Part shown: positions 30,574-40,579 of the stretch, in pieces | Numbering within the stretch: position 1 is the first letter of the stretch | Layout: each line of letters begins with the position of its first letter | Assembly (NCBI GenBank): GCA_947038565.1 | Contig: CAMQWP010000010.1 | Span: 765-64,764 of the forward strand | DNA: 64,000 bases | Reading direction: 5' to 3' | Origin: an uncultured Clostridia bacterium | Lineage (GTDB): Bacteria; Bacillota; Clostridia; Christensenellales; UBA3700 | Translations under genes and position numbers: made by a program | The notes under the pieces: model-generated | Database searches by the model: none | What the model saw: only the letters and a program-made list of their open reading frames with translations | What the model was told of the DNA's origin: nothing

Positions 30574-32469
30574 ATGGAAAACTTTGAATTAAAATACTAT
30601 AATGAATTATCGAAGAACTTTAAAAGTAAAAAACATGTTCTAGCGGAGATTATTAATCTGAAAGCTATTATGAATTTGCCAAAAGGTACAGAGCATTTTG
30701 TAAGTGATATTCATGGTGAGTTTGAGATGTTTTTACACATATTAAAAACGGCATCAGGTGTTATAAGACGTAAGATAGACGAGGAATTTGGTAGATCACT
30801 TACTGTCGATGAGCGTGCGAGTTTAGCGTGTTTAATATATTATCCTCAAGAGAAAATGAACCAAATCGATAAGACTGATGACTGGTACAGGATAACGCTC
30901 TATAGGCTTACAAGAGTTGCTAGTTGCGTGAGTGCAAAGTACACACGTAGTAAAGTTCGTAAGATGTTGCCGAAGAATTTTGACTATATCATGGACGAGT
31001 TGTTGAACTGTGATAGTACTAGTATAAATAAGGAAAAATACTACAGTGAAATCATTGATAATATTATTAGCCTAAATTTAGCTGGTGACTTTTTTATCGA
31101 GATATGTAGCCTTATACAAAATCTTGCTATTGATCATTTGCACATTGTTGGAGATATCTTCGATAGAGGCCCAAGAGCTGATATTATAATGGATTATTTA
31201 AAGGATGTGAGGGGTTTAGACATAGAATGGGGCAATCATGATATACTATGGATAGGTGCAGGACTTGGTGATCCAGGTTGTATTCTATCAGTTTTAGTAG
31301 ACTGCTTTAAGTATAATAATCTTGAACTTCTAGAGGACGGTTATAATATTAATCTATTGCCAGTATATAACTTAGTATCTAAGCATTATCTTAGCTCGCC
31401 TAACGATAGTTATACGACTAATTATAATAATGATGAACTTGCATCACTTCTAAAAGCAGTAAGCATACTTCGATATAAAGTTGAAGACAATTATAGGCGT
31501 AAATATAAGTCATTTAACATGGAAGATCAGACAGTACTTGACAAAATCAATTTTGAAAACAAGACTTGGAATGGTTATGCTATGAATGATTGCGATTTCC
31601 CTACTGTCGATCATGAAGACACGTCTAAGCTGACAAAATGCGAAGAGGAAGTGCTAGAAAAGTTAATACATAGCTTTGTATCTTCAAGAAAATTACAAAA
31701 GCATGTTAAGTTTTTATTGGATAAAGGTAGTATTTATCTTTGCTATAATGGCAACTTAATGTTTCATGGTTGTATACCTTTAGATGAAAATGGTGAGTTT
31801 TTACCAGTCAAGTTCGGAGATAAAGAATATAAAGGCAAGGCTTACATGGATTATTGTGATGATATGGTAAGACGTGCTTACAAGTCGAAAGACCCTGATG
31901 ACGCAGCATTTATATGGCAATTGTGGTGTGGTAATAAATCGCCTGTATTCGGAAAAGATAAGATGACCACTTTTGAAAGAATCTATATCAATGATCACAA
32001 GGCACATAAAGAAGTAAAACAGCATTACTTTAATATGCAAGACTGCGAGAGTGTATGTGATATGATTTTTGATGAGTTCGGTCTTGACAAGAAAAGAGCT
32101 CATATCATAAATGGTCATATACCAGTAAAGCACGCTAAAGGTGAGAGCCCGATCAAAGCAAATGGTAAAATGATCGTTATTGATGGCGGTATGAGCAAGC
32201 CTTATCAGAAGGTAACTGGCATAGCAGGGTATACGCTTACTTACCACTCTTATGGTATGGTTATTGCATCACATCAAGCATTTCTTGGTAAGGACGCAAT
32301 GGTGGAGAGTAATAAGGACGTTTTATCTGCTAAGTATGTTGTCAGTAGGTATAACGATAGGATTACCGTTAAAGATACTGATAATGGTAAAAATATTCAA
32401 AGTCTTGTAGATGATCTTACTAATTTGTACAAGCTGTATAATGATGGCATTATAAAAGATAGTGAATGA
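30574..32469 (+). CDS. fbp: fructose-1,6-bisphosphatase class 3
   Basis: ~630 aa, metallophosphoesterase motifs SDIHGE, GDIFDRG, GNHD; N-terminus typical of Firmicute Fbp. Confidence 0.93.
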   Translation: MENFELKYYNELSKNFKSKKHVLAEIINLKAIMNLPKGTEHFVSDIHGEFEMFLHILKTASGVIRRKIDEEFGRSLTVDERASLACLIYYPQEKMNQIDKTDDWYRITLYRLTRVASCVSAKYTRSKVRKMLPKNFDYIMDELLNCDSTSINKEKYYSEIIDNIISLNLAGDFFIEICSLIQNLAIDHLHIVGDIFDRGPRADIIMDYLKDVRGLDIEWGNHDILWIGAGLGDPGCILSVLVDCFKYNNLELLEDGYNINLLPVYNLVSKHYLSSPNDSYTTNYNNDELASLLKAVSILRYKVEDNYRRKYKSFNMEDQTVLDKINFENKTWNGYAMNDCDFPTVDHEDTSKLTKCEEEVLEKLIHSFVSSRKLQKHVKFLLDKGSIYLCYNGNLMFHGCIPLDENGEFLPVKFGDKEYKGKAYMDYCDDMVRRAYKSKDPDDAAFIWQLWCGNKSPVFGKDKMTTFERIYINDHKAHKEVKQHYFNMQDCESVCDMIFDEFGLDKKRAHIINGHIPVKHAKGESPIKANGKMIVIDGGMSKPYQKVTGIAGYTLTYHSYGMVIASHQAFLGKDAMVESNKDVLSAKYVVSRYNDRITVKDTDNGKNIQSLVDDLTNLYKLYNDGIIKDSE

Positions 32470-32484
32470 TATAATAAACATAAT

Positions 32485-32514
32485 AAAAGGACTAGCTAAT
32501 GCTAGTCCTTTTTT
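32485..32514. terminator. bidirectional intrinsic terminator (fbp + / hydrolase -)
   Basis: GGACTAGC-TAAT-GCTAGTCC flanked by A-run and T-run. Confidence 0.8.
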
Positions 32515-32543
32515 AATATTTACAAAACATAAATGAATTGTGA

Positions 32544-33602
32544 TTAGTTTGTATTTGATTTTATATCATTATCAGACGTATCACTAGTGTCGGTAGTGAA
32601 GTTGTCATTAGAAGGAAGTTTTTTTATCTCGTCTGCTGGTAGTACTACTATTCGACCACGCCTTATCATAATAGATATGTCTTGTGCGGAAGTCAGTTTA
32701 CCGCTCATAAGGACTAATAAAAATCTTTCAAATTCATGCAGTGTAGTCTTAGATGAACGAATTGATTTGACAGTGTGCCAGTCATGAAGATCGTCTAAAG
32801 AATGCACTTCCCAAAGTGGTATATGGTTATTTTTGAGTATGTTAATAAATTTTGGTGCGTGACCTAGACAAAAAATATCTTTTTCTGAATGGGTTATAAA
32901 TGTCGGTGGAAATTTGCACGTTGTGTATTTTACTGCGTCCATGTACTTATAGTATTTGTAGTTGGAAATATCGGATAGGTTTTCTACATTCTCGCCAGTT
33001 AAATCACGCCATAATAGTTTATTTAGGTTAAATATAAGTTTCTTTTCAAATGCCTCAGACGGTAAATACGGACCGCAAAATAATGCAGTACCTAAAAACT
33101 TAGTATCAAATTTTGTTATACCTAGAGCATTACTGTATTCTTCATTTTGACTACATACGCATAAAGTAGACGCTATATATGCACCCGCAGAGTCGCCGCT
33201 AATAATTACTTGATTCATATCAAGATGGTACTTGTCAGCATTGACTTCACACCACTTTATAGCGATAGCCACGTGGTCAATGAAAGTTGGGTATTTGTAT
33301 TCAGGGCATAAACCATAGTTGATATTTATTACCTTAAAACCAAGAGCCGCAATATAGTGGCAAAACCCTCTCCTAAAATACTTGTCTCCAGCTACAAAAC
33401 CGCCACCATGAATATTGATAAACACTGGTGCTTTTTTGTTTTTTAGTTTTCTTTTTGAAAATATGTCTAACTTGCAATGAGATGGAAACTCATCATTGTA
33501 CAGTAGGTTTTTTGCTATCTTACAAGCGTTAAGATTTCTGAAAATATTCTGAGGAATATTAAAAATTAAATCAATTTCACGAAATATTAATTTGCTCCAC
33601 AT
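32544..33602 (-). CDS. alpha/beta hydrolase (esterase/lipase, HGGG type) with Thr/Asp/Ser-rich C-terminal tail
   Basis: Oxyanion HGGGF and nucleophile elbow GDSAGA motifs. Confidence 0.8.
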   Translation of the reverse strand: MWSKLIFREIDLIFNIPQNIFRNLNACKIAKNLLYNDEFPSHCKLDIFSKRKLKNKKAPVFINIHGGGFVAGDKYFRRGFCHYIAALGFKVININYGLCPEYKYPTFIDHVAIAIKWCEVNADKYHLDMNQVIISGDSAGAYIASTLCVCSQNEEYSNALGITKFDTKFLGTALFCGPYLPSEAFEKKLIFNLNKLLWRDLTGENVENLSDISNYKYYKYMDAVKYTTCKFPPTFITHSEKDIFCLGHAPKFINILKNNHIPLWEVHSLDDLHDWHTVKSIRSSKTTLHEFERFLLVLMSGKLTSAQDISIMIRRGRIVVLPADEIKKLPSNDNFTTDTSDTSDNDIKSNTN

Positions 33603-33842
33603 ATTCCCTCCTTATAACTTTATAATAACAAAAGTATGCTAATAAATGACCATTATACTAATAGTATAGCTAATTTAACATAAAATAGCAAGTGTAATGT
33701 AATTATTGTGTTAAATTCATACGTTTTTGATGTAATAGTATAATAATGAAAAAAATATTTTAAGAGTTATCATAGAATTTATAAATAATCGTTAATATTT
33801 GCAAGTGTTTTACAAATACGCGTTTAGAATGTGTACTAGCTA

Positions 33843-33871
33843 TTGACAATAGTATGTATTGCTGTTATAAT
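33843..33871 (+). promoter_or_regulatory. sigma-A type promoter for ROK-like gene
   Basis: TTGACA - 17 nt - TATAAT. Confidence 0.6.
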
Positions 33872-33908
33872 TATTATAGTACATGTAAGTCAATTTAAGG
33901 GGTGAAAA

Positions 33909-34877
33909 ATGGAAATAGCTAATTTAAGTCTTGTTAGGAAAATAAATTATCGTGTTATATGGAATGCGCTTGTTAAATCTAAAGAGAATACTATCATAGG
34001 TCTGAAGAAAATCACTGGATTGAGCTTCCCTACCATAAATAGAGCTATTGAATACGGTAAAGAAATAGGTGTTATTATCGACGGCGAGATTGAAGAATCG
34101 CAAGTGGGTCGTAAAGCACAAATTTATAAAGTCAATAATGACTTTTATCATAGTATTGTGATAATTGCTGATGACGATAAAATTTCTTATAAGGTATATG
34201 ACATCATAGGTAACGAACTAAGCAATGGTTATGTGATCGGTGGGTATATAGATTTGCTAGCTAATGTTGAGGGAATACTTGCTGAAGTAATAGCTAATGA
34301 TCCTCTAGTTTCTGTCATGAGTATGGCAGTTATAGGCGTAGTTAATCAGGGTATCATGATAGATTGTAATGCGAATTTAGCACTTTGCAATTTTGATCTA
34401 AAAGGGTATTTTGAGAGAAAATTCAATTTATTAGTAGAGATAAGCAATAATATTAAAACTGTTGCGTCAAGTTTGTTATATCAGCTAAAGGATAAAAATT
34501 TATCTACGTTTGCAGTATTTGATTATGGATACAGTGGTTACGGTGCTAGCTTTGTTGCGAATGGCGAGGTGATGTATGGTAAAAATGGATTTTCAGGTGA
34601 AGTATGTTATCTTGCAGGTATGCAGTCTTTAGAAAGTAATCCTTCTATTTATGAGAATATTATTATACCTATAGTAACTGTTATTGCTCCAAAGCAAATA
34701 TATTTATATACTACATTCGGTGAGGAGTTTATTGCTAAGTTTACTGATTTTATTAGTAAAGCAATTCCAAGCTATGCTATGCCAAGTATTATAGTACGAG
34801 ACAATATCGAAAAAGACATGATGAGCGGTTTGTTTAATATCATTAATGATAGCAAATTATCAAGTCTATTATTATAA
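33909..34877 (+). CDS. ROK-family-like regulator (N-terminal winged HTH, sugar-kinase-like fold), degenerate Zn motif
   Basis: N-terminal wHTH-like segment and ASKHA-like glycine motifs; canonical ROK CxCGxxGC motif not seen. Confidence 0.55.
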   Translation: MEIANLSLVRKINYRVIWNALVKSKENTIIGLKKITGLSFPTINRAIEYGKEIGVIIDGEIEESQVGRKAQIYKVNNDFYHSIVIIADDDKISYKVYDIIGNELSNGYVIGGYIDLLANVEGILAEVIANDPLVSVMSMAVIGVVNQGIMIDCNANLALCNFDLKGYFERKFNLLVEISNNIKTVASSLLYQLKDKNLSTFAVFDYGYSGYGASFVANGEVMYGKNGFSGEVCYLAGMQSLESNPSIYENIIIPIVTVIAPKQIYLYTTFGEEFIAKFTDFISKAIPSYAMPSIIVRDNIEKDMMSGLFNIINDSKLSSLLL

Positions 34878-34882
34878 ATATT

Positions 34883-34918
34883 AAAAAAGTAGGCAATAGA
34901 TTTATTGCCTACTTTTTT
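34883..34918 (+). terminator. intrinsic terminator after ROK-like gene
   Basis: AGTAGGCAAT/ATTGCCTACT stem followed by T6. Confidence 0.8.
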
Positions 34919-35002
34919 CGTTTGTGATTTTTATAACAAAAGAATTTATACAAAAGTATGTTTAACAAGATCTATAGCAACATATTATGTTAGTATGTAA
35001 TT

Positions 35003-35041
35003 AAAAACAAAAGTACCGAGCATTAATGCTCGGTACTTTTT
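35003..35041 (-). terminator. terminator downstream of tRNA-Leu (bidirectional geometry)
   Basis: 10-bp stem GTACCGAGCA/TGCTCGGTAC flanked by A-run and T-run. Confidence 0.75.
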
Positions 35042-35047
35042 GTAATT

Positions 35048-35133
35048 TGGTGCCAAAGGCGGGACTCGAACCCGCACGAGGTTGCCCCCACTGGATTTTG
35101 AGTCCAGCGCGTCTGCCATTTCACCACTTTGGC
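35048..35133 (-). tRNA. tRNA-Leu (anticodon CAA), CCA encoded
   Basis: Hand-folded cloverleaf: acceptor GCCAAAG/CUUUGGC, anticodon stem CUGGA/UCCAG with loop CUCAAAA, long variable arm, T-arm GCGGG-UUCGAGU-CCCGC, 3' ACCA. Confidence 0.92.
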
Positions 35134-35324
35134 TTATTTACTTAGTTATAATATCATATTATTCAATAAATTGCAATAGAAATGAGATATATTCTTAAAA
35201 AATTCACATATTAATATAGAAAGATGAGTAATTGTATAAAAATATAAGATTTTGTCATTAGTATGGTGTGATTTATGGCTAAATGACGTTGATTGATATT
35301 TTGACAATTTTATAAGGAGTGTCT

Positions 35325-35858
35325 ATGAGTAGGAATTGGAAGTTGATATATGCAGAGTTAGGCGGGGCGATACTAGGTCTAATACTGTCATTTGTATTTC
35401 ATTTTGCGTTTGAGTGGTCAGGAGAGATGCCGAGTATTGCTTGGCTTTTTGCAGTGAATGAAAGTGTGTGGGAGCATTCTAAGTTGATATTTTATCCGTA
35501 TCTTATTTATAGTATAATTGAGTACTTTATACTAAGAATAGATAAGGGAACGTATATTACAGCAAAAGCAATATCCTTGCTTACAACTATACCGATGATG
35601 TTAATTATGTACTATACGTATACTGGTATTATAGGTACGCATGTATTGTGGGTTGATATATTGATCACTATAATAATAGTACTATTAAGTTATACTTTTA
35701 GTTATCTTATGATATCTAGAAACTTTAGAGTAAAAGGTTATATGTGGCTTGCACTACTTGCTTTTATTGTATTTGTAATGCTTATAGTATTCACTTACTA
35801 TCCACCACAAATCCCGCTATTTTTTGATAACTCAAGTAAGATATACGGATTGGGTTGA
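35325..35858 (+). CDS. multi-pass membrane protein, unknown function
   Basis: 5-6 hydrophobic helices; ATG 35325 after AAGGAG. Confidence 0.55.
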   Translation: MSRNWKLIYAELGGAILGLILSFVFHFAFEWSGEMPSIAWLFAVNESVWEHSKLIFYPYLIYSIIEYFILRIDKGTYITAKAISLLTTIPMMLIMYYTYTGIIGTHVLWVDILITIIIVLLSYTFSYLMISRNFRVKGYMWLALLAFIVFVMLIVFTYYPPQIPLFFDNSSKIYGLG

Positions 35859-35968
35859 TTTTGATACACGATTATATAATCCGTGCATGCATAGCATGTA
35901 ACATTAAATCAATATCTCATTATTATAGAGTATAATATAATAATAGTTTTATTTTAAGCAATAAATAG

Positions 35969-36001
35969 AAAAAAGCACTAGAGAAAAATCTCTAGTGCTT
36001 T
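35969..36001 (-). terminator. terminator of the GGGtGRT operon (also faces the + strand gene)
   Basis: 11-bp stem AGCACTAGAGA/TCTCTAGTGCT; T-run on minus strand. Confidence 0.75.
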
Positions 36002-36027
36002 AATTAATTTAATAAACTATTCGGATA

Positions 36028-37029
36028 TTAGCAGTTTGATTTCTCAACAGCTACGGCTACTGCAACAGTTGCACCAACCATTGGGTTGTTACCCATTCCG
36101 ATAAGTCCCATCATCTCTACGTGTGCAGGAACAGATGAGCTACCAGCGAACTGTGCATCACTGTGCATACGACCCATAGTATCAGTAAGTCCATAAGACG
36201 CAGGACCTGCAGCTACATTGTCTGGGTGTAATGTACGTCCTGTACCTCCACCTGATGCTACTGAGAAATATGTTACGTTATTATCGTTACACCATTTCTT
36301 GTAAGTACCAGCAACTGGATGTTGGAAACGTGTTGGGTTAGTAGAGTTACCTGTGATAGATACGTCTACTTTCTCAGCTTGCATTATTGCTACGCCTTCG
36401 TTAACGTCATTAGAACCGAATACTAGAACTGCAGCTCTAGCACCTGTGCTATATGGAGTAGTTGATATTACATTAAGAGTACCAGTATTAAAATCGTAGT
36501 CAGTCTTTACGTAAGTAAATCCATTGATACGACTGATAATACAAGCAGCGTCTTTACCAAGACCATTAAGGATAACCTTAAGTGGCTCAGTTCTAACAGT
36601 ATTAGCTGTACGAGCAATACCGATAGCACCCTCAGCAGCAGCGAATGACTCGTGACCTGCAAGGAATGCGAAACACTTAGTTTCTTCACGAAGTAATTTA
36701 GCAGCTAAGTTACCGTGACCGATACCTACTAATCTCTGGTCAGCAACTGATCCAGGGATACAGAAACATTGTAGACCAAGACCGATAGCCTCAGCAGCCT
36801 CACATGCAACAGTACAACCTTTCTTGATAGCGATAGCACAGCCTACAGTGTAAGCCCAGATAGCGTTCTCAAAAGCAATAGTCTGGATATTTCTAACGAT
36901 ATCGTCTACGTCTATTCCTTTATCAGTACATATCTGTTTAGCGTCTGCTAAATCTTTGATACCATATTCTTTTAAGCAAGCATTGATTTTATCAATTCTT
37001 CTCTCATAACCTTCAAATGTGATTGACAT
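36028..37029 (-). CDS. GGGtGRT-family protein (uncharacterised)
   Basis: Contains the eponymous motif SGGGTGRTLHP; 333 aa. Confidence 0.85.
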   Translation of the reverse strand: MSITFEGYERRIDKINACLKEYGIKDLADAKQICTDKGIDVDDIVRNIQTIAFENAIWAYTVGCAIAIKKGCTVACEAAEAIGLGLQCFCIPGSVADQRLVGIGHGNLAAKLLREETKCFAFLAGHESFAAAEGAIGIARTANTVRTEPLKVILNGLGKDAACIISRINGFTYVKTDYDFNTGTLNVISTTPYSTGARAAVLVFGSNDVNEGVAIMQAEKVDVSITGNSTNPTRFQHPVAGTYKKWCNDNNVTYFSVASGGGTGRTLHPDNVAAGPASYGLTDTMGRMHSDAQFAGSSSVPAHVEMMGLIGMGNNPMVGATVAVAVAVEKSNC

Positions 37030-37044
37030 AAATAAATCCTCCTA

Positions 37045-37737
37045 TTACTCGTGACGAGGGCATATTTTCTTAACTGCCTCATCAAATCTACCGTAGTTGC
37101 TAGTAAACTTCGCGTAAGCGTCGTTTGGTGTCATGCCTTTCTCGATAGCTTCCATCATTTTACCAACGTGTACAAACTCATAACCGATAGCTTCGTTATT
37201 CTCATCAAGACCCATGCGAGTTATATAACCCTCAGCCATCTCAAGATATCTAACGCCTTTTAGCTTTGTAGAGTACATAGTACCTACCTGAGACCTAAGT
37301 CCCTTGCCTAGGTCCTCAAGACCAGCACCGACAGGTAGTCCACCTTCAGAGAATGCAGACTGAGTTCTACCATAAACTATTTGTAAGAATAGCTCACGCA
37401 TAGCTACATTGATAGCGTCGCATACTAAGTCTGTGTTAAGAGCTTCAAGGATAGTTTTACCAGGAAGTACCTCAGCAGCCATAGCAGCAGAGTGAGTCAT
37501 ACCTGAACAACCGATAGTCTCGATAAGAGCCTCTTCGATTATACCGTCTTTGACATTTAGAGTAAGTTTACATGCACCTTGTTGAGGAGCACACCAGCCT
37601 ACACCGTGAGTAAGTCCTGAAATGTCTTTAACCTCGCGAGCTTGTACCCATTTACCCTCTTCAGGGATAGGTGCACAGCCGTGGTTAGGACCTTGTGATA
37701 CAGGACACATAGACATAATTTCATGTGAATATTGCAT
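37045..37737 (-). CDS. IscU/NifU-N-like Fe-S scaffold-fold protein with extra C-terminal domain
   Basis: IscU-like Cys contexts (GWCAP..GACKL.L.VKDG.I, IGCSGMTHSAAMA, LVCDAI); 15 nt upstream of GGGtGRT gene. Confidence 0.7.
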   Translation of the reverse strand: MQYSHEIMSMCPVSQGPNHGCAPIPEEGKWVQAREVKDISGLTHGVGWCAPQQGACKLTLNVKDGIIEEALIETIGCSGMTHSAAMAAEVLPGKTILEALNTDLVCDAINVAMRELFLQIVYGRTQSAFSEGGLPVGAGLEDLGKGLRSQVGTMYSTKLKGVRYLEMAEGYITRMGLDENNEAIGYEFVHVGKMMEAIEKGMTPNDAYAKFTSNYGRFDEAVKKICPRHE

Positions 37738-37774
37738 TAAGAATTCCTCCTAAAATTTTGTATCATTTTGTGAT

Positions 37775-37803
37775 AGTATAGCACATATAGTGAAATTTTT
37801 CAA
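37775..37803 (-). promoter_or_regulatory. sigma-A type promoter of the NifU-like/GGGtGRT operon
   Basis: Minus strand TTGAAA - 17 nt - TATACT, then AGGAGG SD. Confidence 0.55.
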
Positions 37804-38022
37804 GCATATATAGATAATTTTTCGTAAAACTAATATATTGTCTATAGATGTTTGTTTCATAATACATATATGATAATTATTGCGGACACAATTACGCGAA
37901 AACACAACTATAAGGAATGTTATTATAACAGTAATTAGAAGACTAATAGTGAGGGGATAGTGGTCGTATTTCATCAAAATGTAATATAAGTAAATTAATT
38001 ATAAAAAAGTATAACTTAACAC

Positions 38023-38051
38023 TTGAAAAATGTATATATATATGGTATAAT
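38023..38051 (+). promoter_or_regulatory. sigma-A type promoter for aminotransferase-tyrS unit
   Basis: TTGAAA - 17 nt - TATAAT with TG extension. Confidence 0.55.
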
Positions 38052-38076
38052 ATAACCTATAAATTGAGGTGATGAT

Positions 38077-39276
38077 ATGGAATATAATTTTAGTGATAGA
38101 GTAAAAGACTTAGGTGGCAATGCTATAAGAGAGATATTTAAACTACTAGCTGATCCTAGTGTTATTTCTTTTGCAGGCGGTTTTCCTACTAAGACAACGC
38201 TACCTACGCAGCTTATTGCTACGACTACTAGCGAACTTATGTCTTCTAGCGAGGCGGAGAATATTCTTCAATATGGCAGTACTGAGGGGTATACGCCTTT
38301 AAGACTTACTGCTATTGATTATGTGCGTAGATATGGTATTAATGATATCAATATAGATAACACGCTTATTATTAGCGGTGGACAGCAAGGCATAGACCTT
38401 ACTTTTAAGACATTTGTAAATAAAGGTGATGTGGTACTCGTTGAGGATCCTACTTATCTCGCAGTATTACATATTTTAAAGACTTACGAGGCTACTGCTA
38501 TTGGTGTTGACTCTGGTAATGACGGCTTAGATCTTGCTGATTTAGAGTCGAAAATGATCATGCACAAACCAAAGGTTTTATATGTTGTTCCTACTTTCTC
38601 TAATCCGACTGGTAGAACATACAGCATTGCTAAGCGAAAGGCTATATATGAACTAGCAGTGAAGTATAACGTAATAATCCTTGAAGACGATCCGTATTCG
38701 GAGCTAAGATTTAGTGGTGAGCGAGTGCCTAGTATAAAGTCTTTTGACAAGACTGGTAATGTTATATATATTACTAGCTTCTCTAAAACTCTTGCACCAG
38801 GTCTTAGGACAGGTATTGCTATAGGAGACCCAGAAGTTATCAGGAAGATGACTATAGGTAAGCAGGCAACAGATGTGCATACTAGTAGCCTATCTCAAGC
38901 TATCATAAACAACTTTTTAAGTAAGAGTCTTATGGATGCACGAGTAAGTGAGCTTATACCTTTATATCTAGAGAAAAAGAACGCTATGATGAGTGCTATT
39001 GAGAAATACATGCCTAAAGAGTTTACTTATACAAACCCTGATGGTGGATTGTTTATATTCGGTGAGTTTGATGAGTCGCTAGGTATTAATACTATGAAAC
39101 TTTTTCCTGAAGTAGCAGCTCACAAGGTTGCATACGTGTCAGGACATAGCTTTTTTGCAAGTGAAGATAAGTTTAATACACTTAGACTTAACTACTCGAA
39201 TGCTAGTCTTGATCAGATAGATAGCGGAATGAAAAAACTAGGTGATTTCTTTAAGAAAATTATCGCAAATAAATAG
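38077..39276 (+). CDS. class I/II PLP-dependent aminotransferase (2-aminoadipate/aromatic transaminase-like)
   Basis: PLP-lysine context SFSKTLAPGLRTG; fold-type I layout. Confidence 0.85.
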   Translation: MEYNFSDRVKDLGGNAIREIFKLLADPSVISFAGGFPTKTTLPTQLIATTTSELMSSSEAENILQYGSTEGYTPLRLTAIDYVRRYGINDINIDNTLIISGGQQGIDLTFKTFVNKGDVVLVEDPTYLAVLHILKTYEATAIGVDSGNDGLDLADLESKMIMHKPKVLYVVPTFSNPTGRTYSIAKRKAIYELAVKYNVIILEDDPYSELRFSGERVPSIKSFDKTGNVIYITSFSKTLAPGLRTGIAIGDPEVIRKMTIGKQATDVHTSSLSQAIINNFLSKSLMDARVSELIPLYLEKKNAMMSAIEKYMPKEFTYTNPDGGLFIFGEFDESLGINTMKLFPEVAAHKVAYVSGHSFFASEDKFNTLRLNYSNASLDQIDSGMKKLGDFFKKIIANK

Positions 39277-39328
39277 GAAATATTAATTGCACTTTTGGTA
39301 TTGCCATTTGTGCATTATGAGGAGATAT

Positions 39329-40549
39329 ATGATTAACGGTAAAAATGTAATGGACACGTTACGTGAGAGAGGATACATTAAACAAACAGTTTTCGAGGAA
39401 GATTTGTACAAAATGTTAAGCGAAGAAAGTGTATCTTTCTATGTTGGTTTTGACCCTACTGCTGATAGTCTACATGTAGGTCATTACTTGGCACTTATGG
39501 CTATGAGTCACCTACAACAGGCTGGACATAAGCCTTATGTTTTAGTAGGCGGTGGTACAGGTAAGATTGGCGATCCATCAGGCAGAAGTGATATGCGTAC
39601 TATGATGACAAATAAGATTATAGACGATAACTGCAATGCTTTTAAAGAGCAAATGAGTAAATTCTTCACTTTTGAGGGCGAAAATGCTGCTGTTATGGTG
39701 AATAATGCGGACTGGTTAGATAATCTTAACTATATCGAGTTCATAAGAGATATCGGTGCTCATTTCTCTGTAAATCGTATGCTTACAGCAGAGTGCTTTA
39801 AAAAACGTATGGCAACAGGCTTATCGTTTTTAGAGTTTAACTATATGCTTATGCAGGCGTATGATTTCTTATACCTTAATAAGACTTACGGCTTAAAATT
39901 GCAGTGTGGTGGTGACGATCAGTGGAGTAATATCCTTGCTGGTGCTGACCTTATCAGACGTAAAGAGCATACTCCAGCTTACGCTATGACTTTCCAATTA
40001 TTGACTACTGGTGATGGTATTAAGATGGGCAAGACTCAAAAGGGTGCGGTATGGCTAAATAGAGATAAAACTTCGCCTTACGAGTTTTACCAGTACTGGA
40101 GAAATGTAGGTGATGCTGATGTAGAGAAGTGCTTGAAGTTGCTTACTTTTGTACCGGTAGATGAGATCGTGGAGCTTTGTAAATATCAAGATGAGAGGAT
40201 TAATAAAGCAAAAGAGCGTCTTGCATTCGAGGTTACGAAGATAGTTCATACCGAAGAGGACGCTAAGCAAGCTGAGGCGAAAACTCTTGCTGCATTTATC
40301 ACTGGTGACGCAGATAGTATGCCAAGTATCGAGATAGAAAGCGGTATATTTGGTGTCGCTGATATCTTAGTGTCAGCAAAACTTGCTAAATCTAAAGGTG
40401 AGGCAAAAAGACTTATTGAAGGTGGCGGTATTAAAATCGGAGATTTGAAGATCGTAAGCATTGCTCATGAGTTATCAGAAGATGAGCTAAAGGGCGGTAT
40501 TGTTTTGCACAAAGGCAAAAAAATACATGTCAAAATAAGCTCTAAGTAA
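39329..40549 (+). CDS. tyrS: tyrosine--tRNA ligase
   Basis: HIGH-type LHVGH, KMGKT (KMSKS) and C-terminal S4 domain; ATG 39329 after GAGGAG. Confidence 0.96.
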   Translation: MINGKNVMDTLRERGYIKQTVFEEDLYKMLSEESVSFYVGFDPTADSLHVGHYLALMAMSHLQQAGHKPYVLVGGGTGKIGDPSGRSDMRTMMTNKIIDDNCNAFKEQMSKFFTFEGENAAVMVNNADWLDNLNYIEFIRDIGAHFSVNRMLTAECFKKRMATGLSFLEFNYMLMQAYDFLYLNKTYGLKLQCGGDDQWSNILAGADLIRRKEHTPAYAMTFQLLTTGDGIKMGKTQKGAVWLNRDKTSPYEFYQYWRNVGDADVEKCLKLLTFVPVDEIVELCKYQDERINKAKERLAFEVTKIVHTEEDAKQAEAKTLAAFITGDADSMPSIEIESGIFGVADILVSAKLAKSKGEAKRLIEGGGIKIGDLKIVSIAHELSEDELKGGIVLHKGKKIHVKISSK

Positions 40550-40579
40550 TATAACAATTAAGCAGAGGAAGGTGAGGTT

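Noticed and set aside
37750-37977. 75-aa minus-strand ORF upstream of the NifU-like gene
   Set aside because: It overlaps the predicted promoter and 5' UTR of the operon. It has no SD, and its hydrophobic AT-rich sequence is typical of spurious ORFs.
39277-39328. Expected T-box leader upstream of tyrS (and of ilvE at 41216-41278)
   Set aside because: The intergenic gaps are only about 50-60 nt, too short for a T-box. No GGUGG-type T-box sequence is present. tyrS appears co-transcribed with the aminotransferase.
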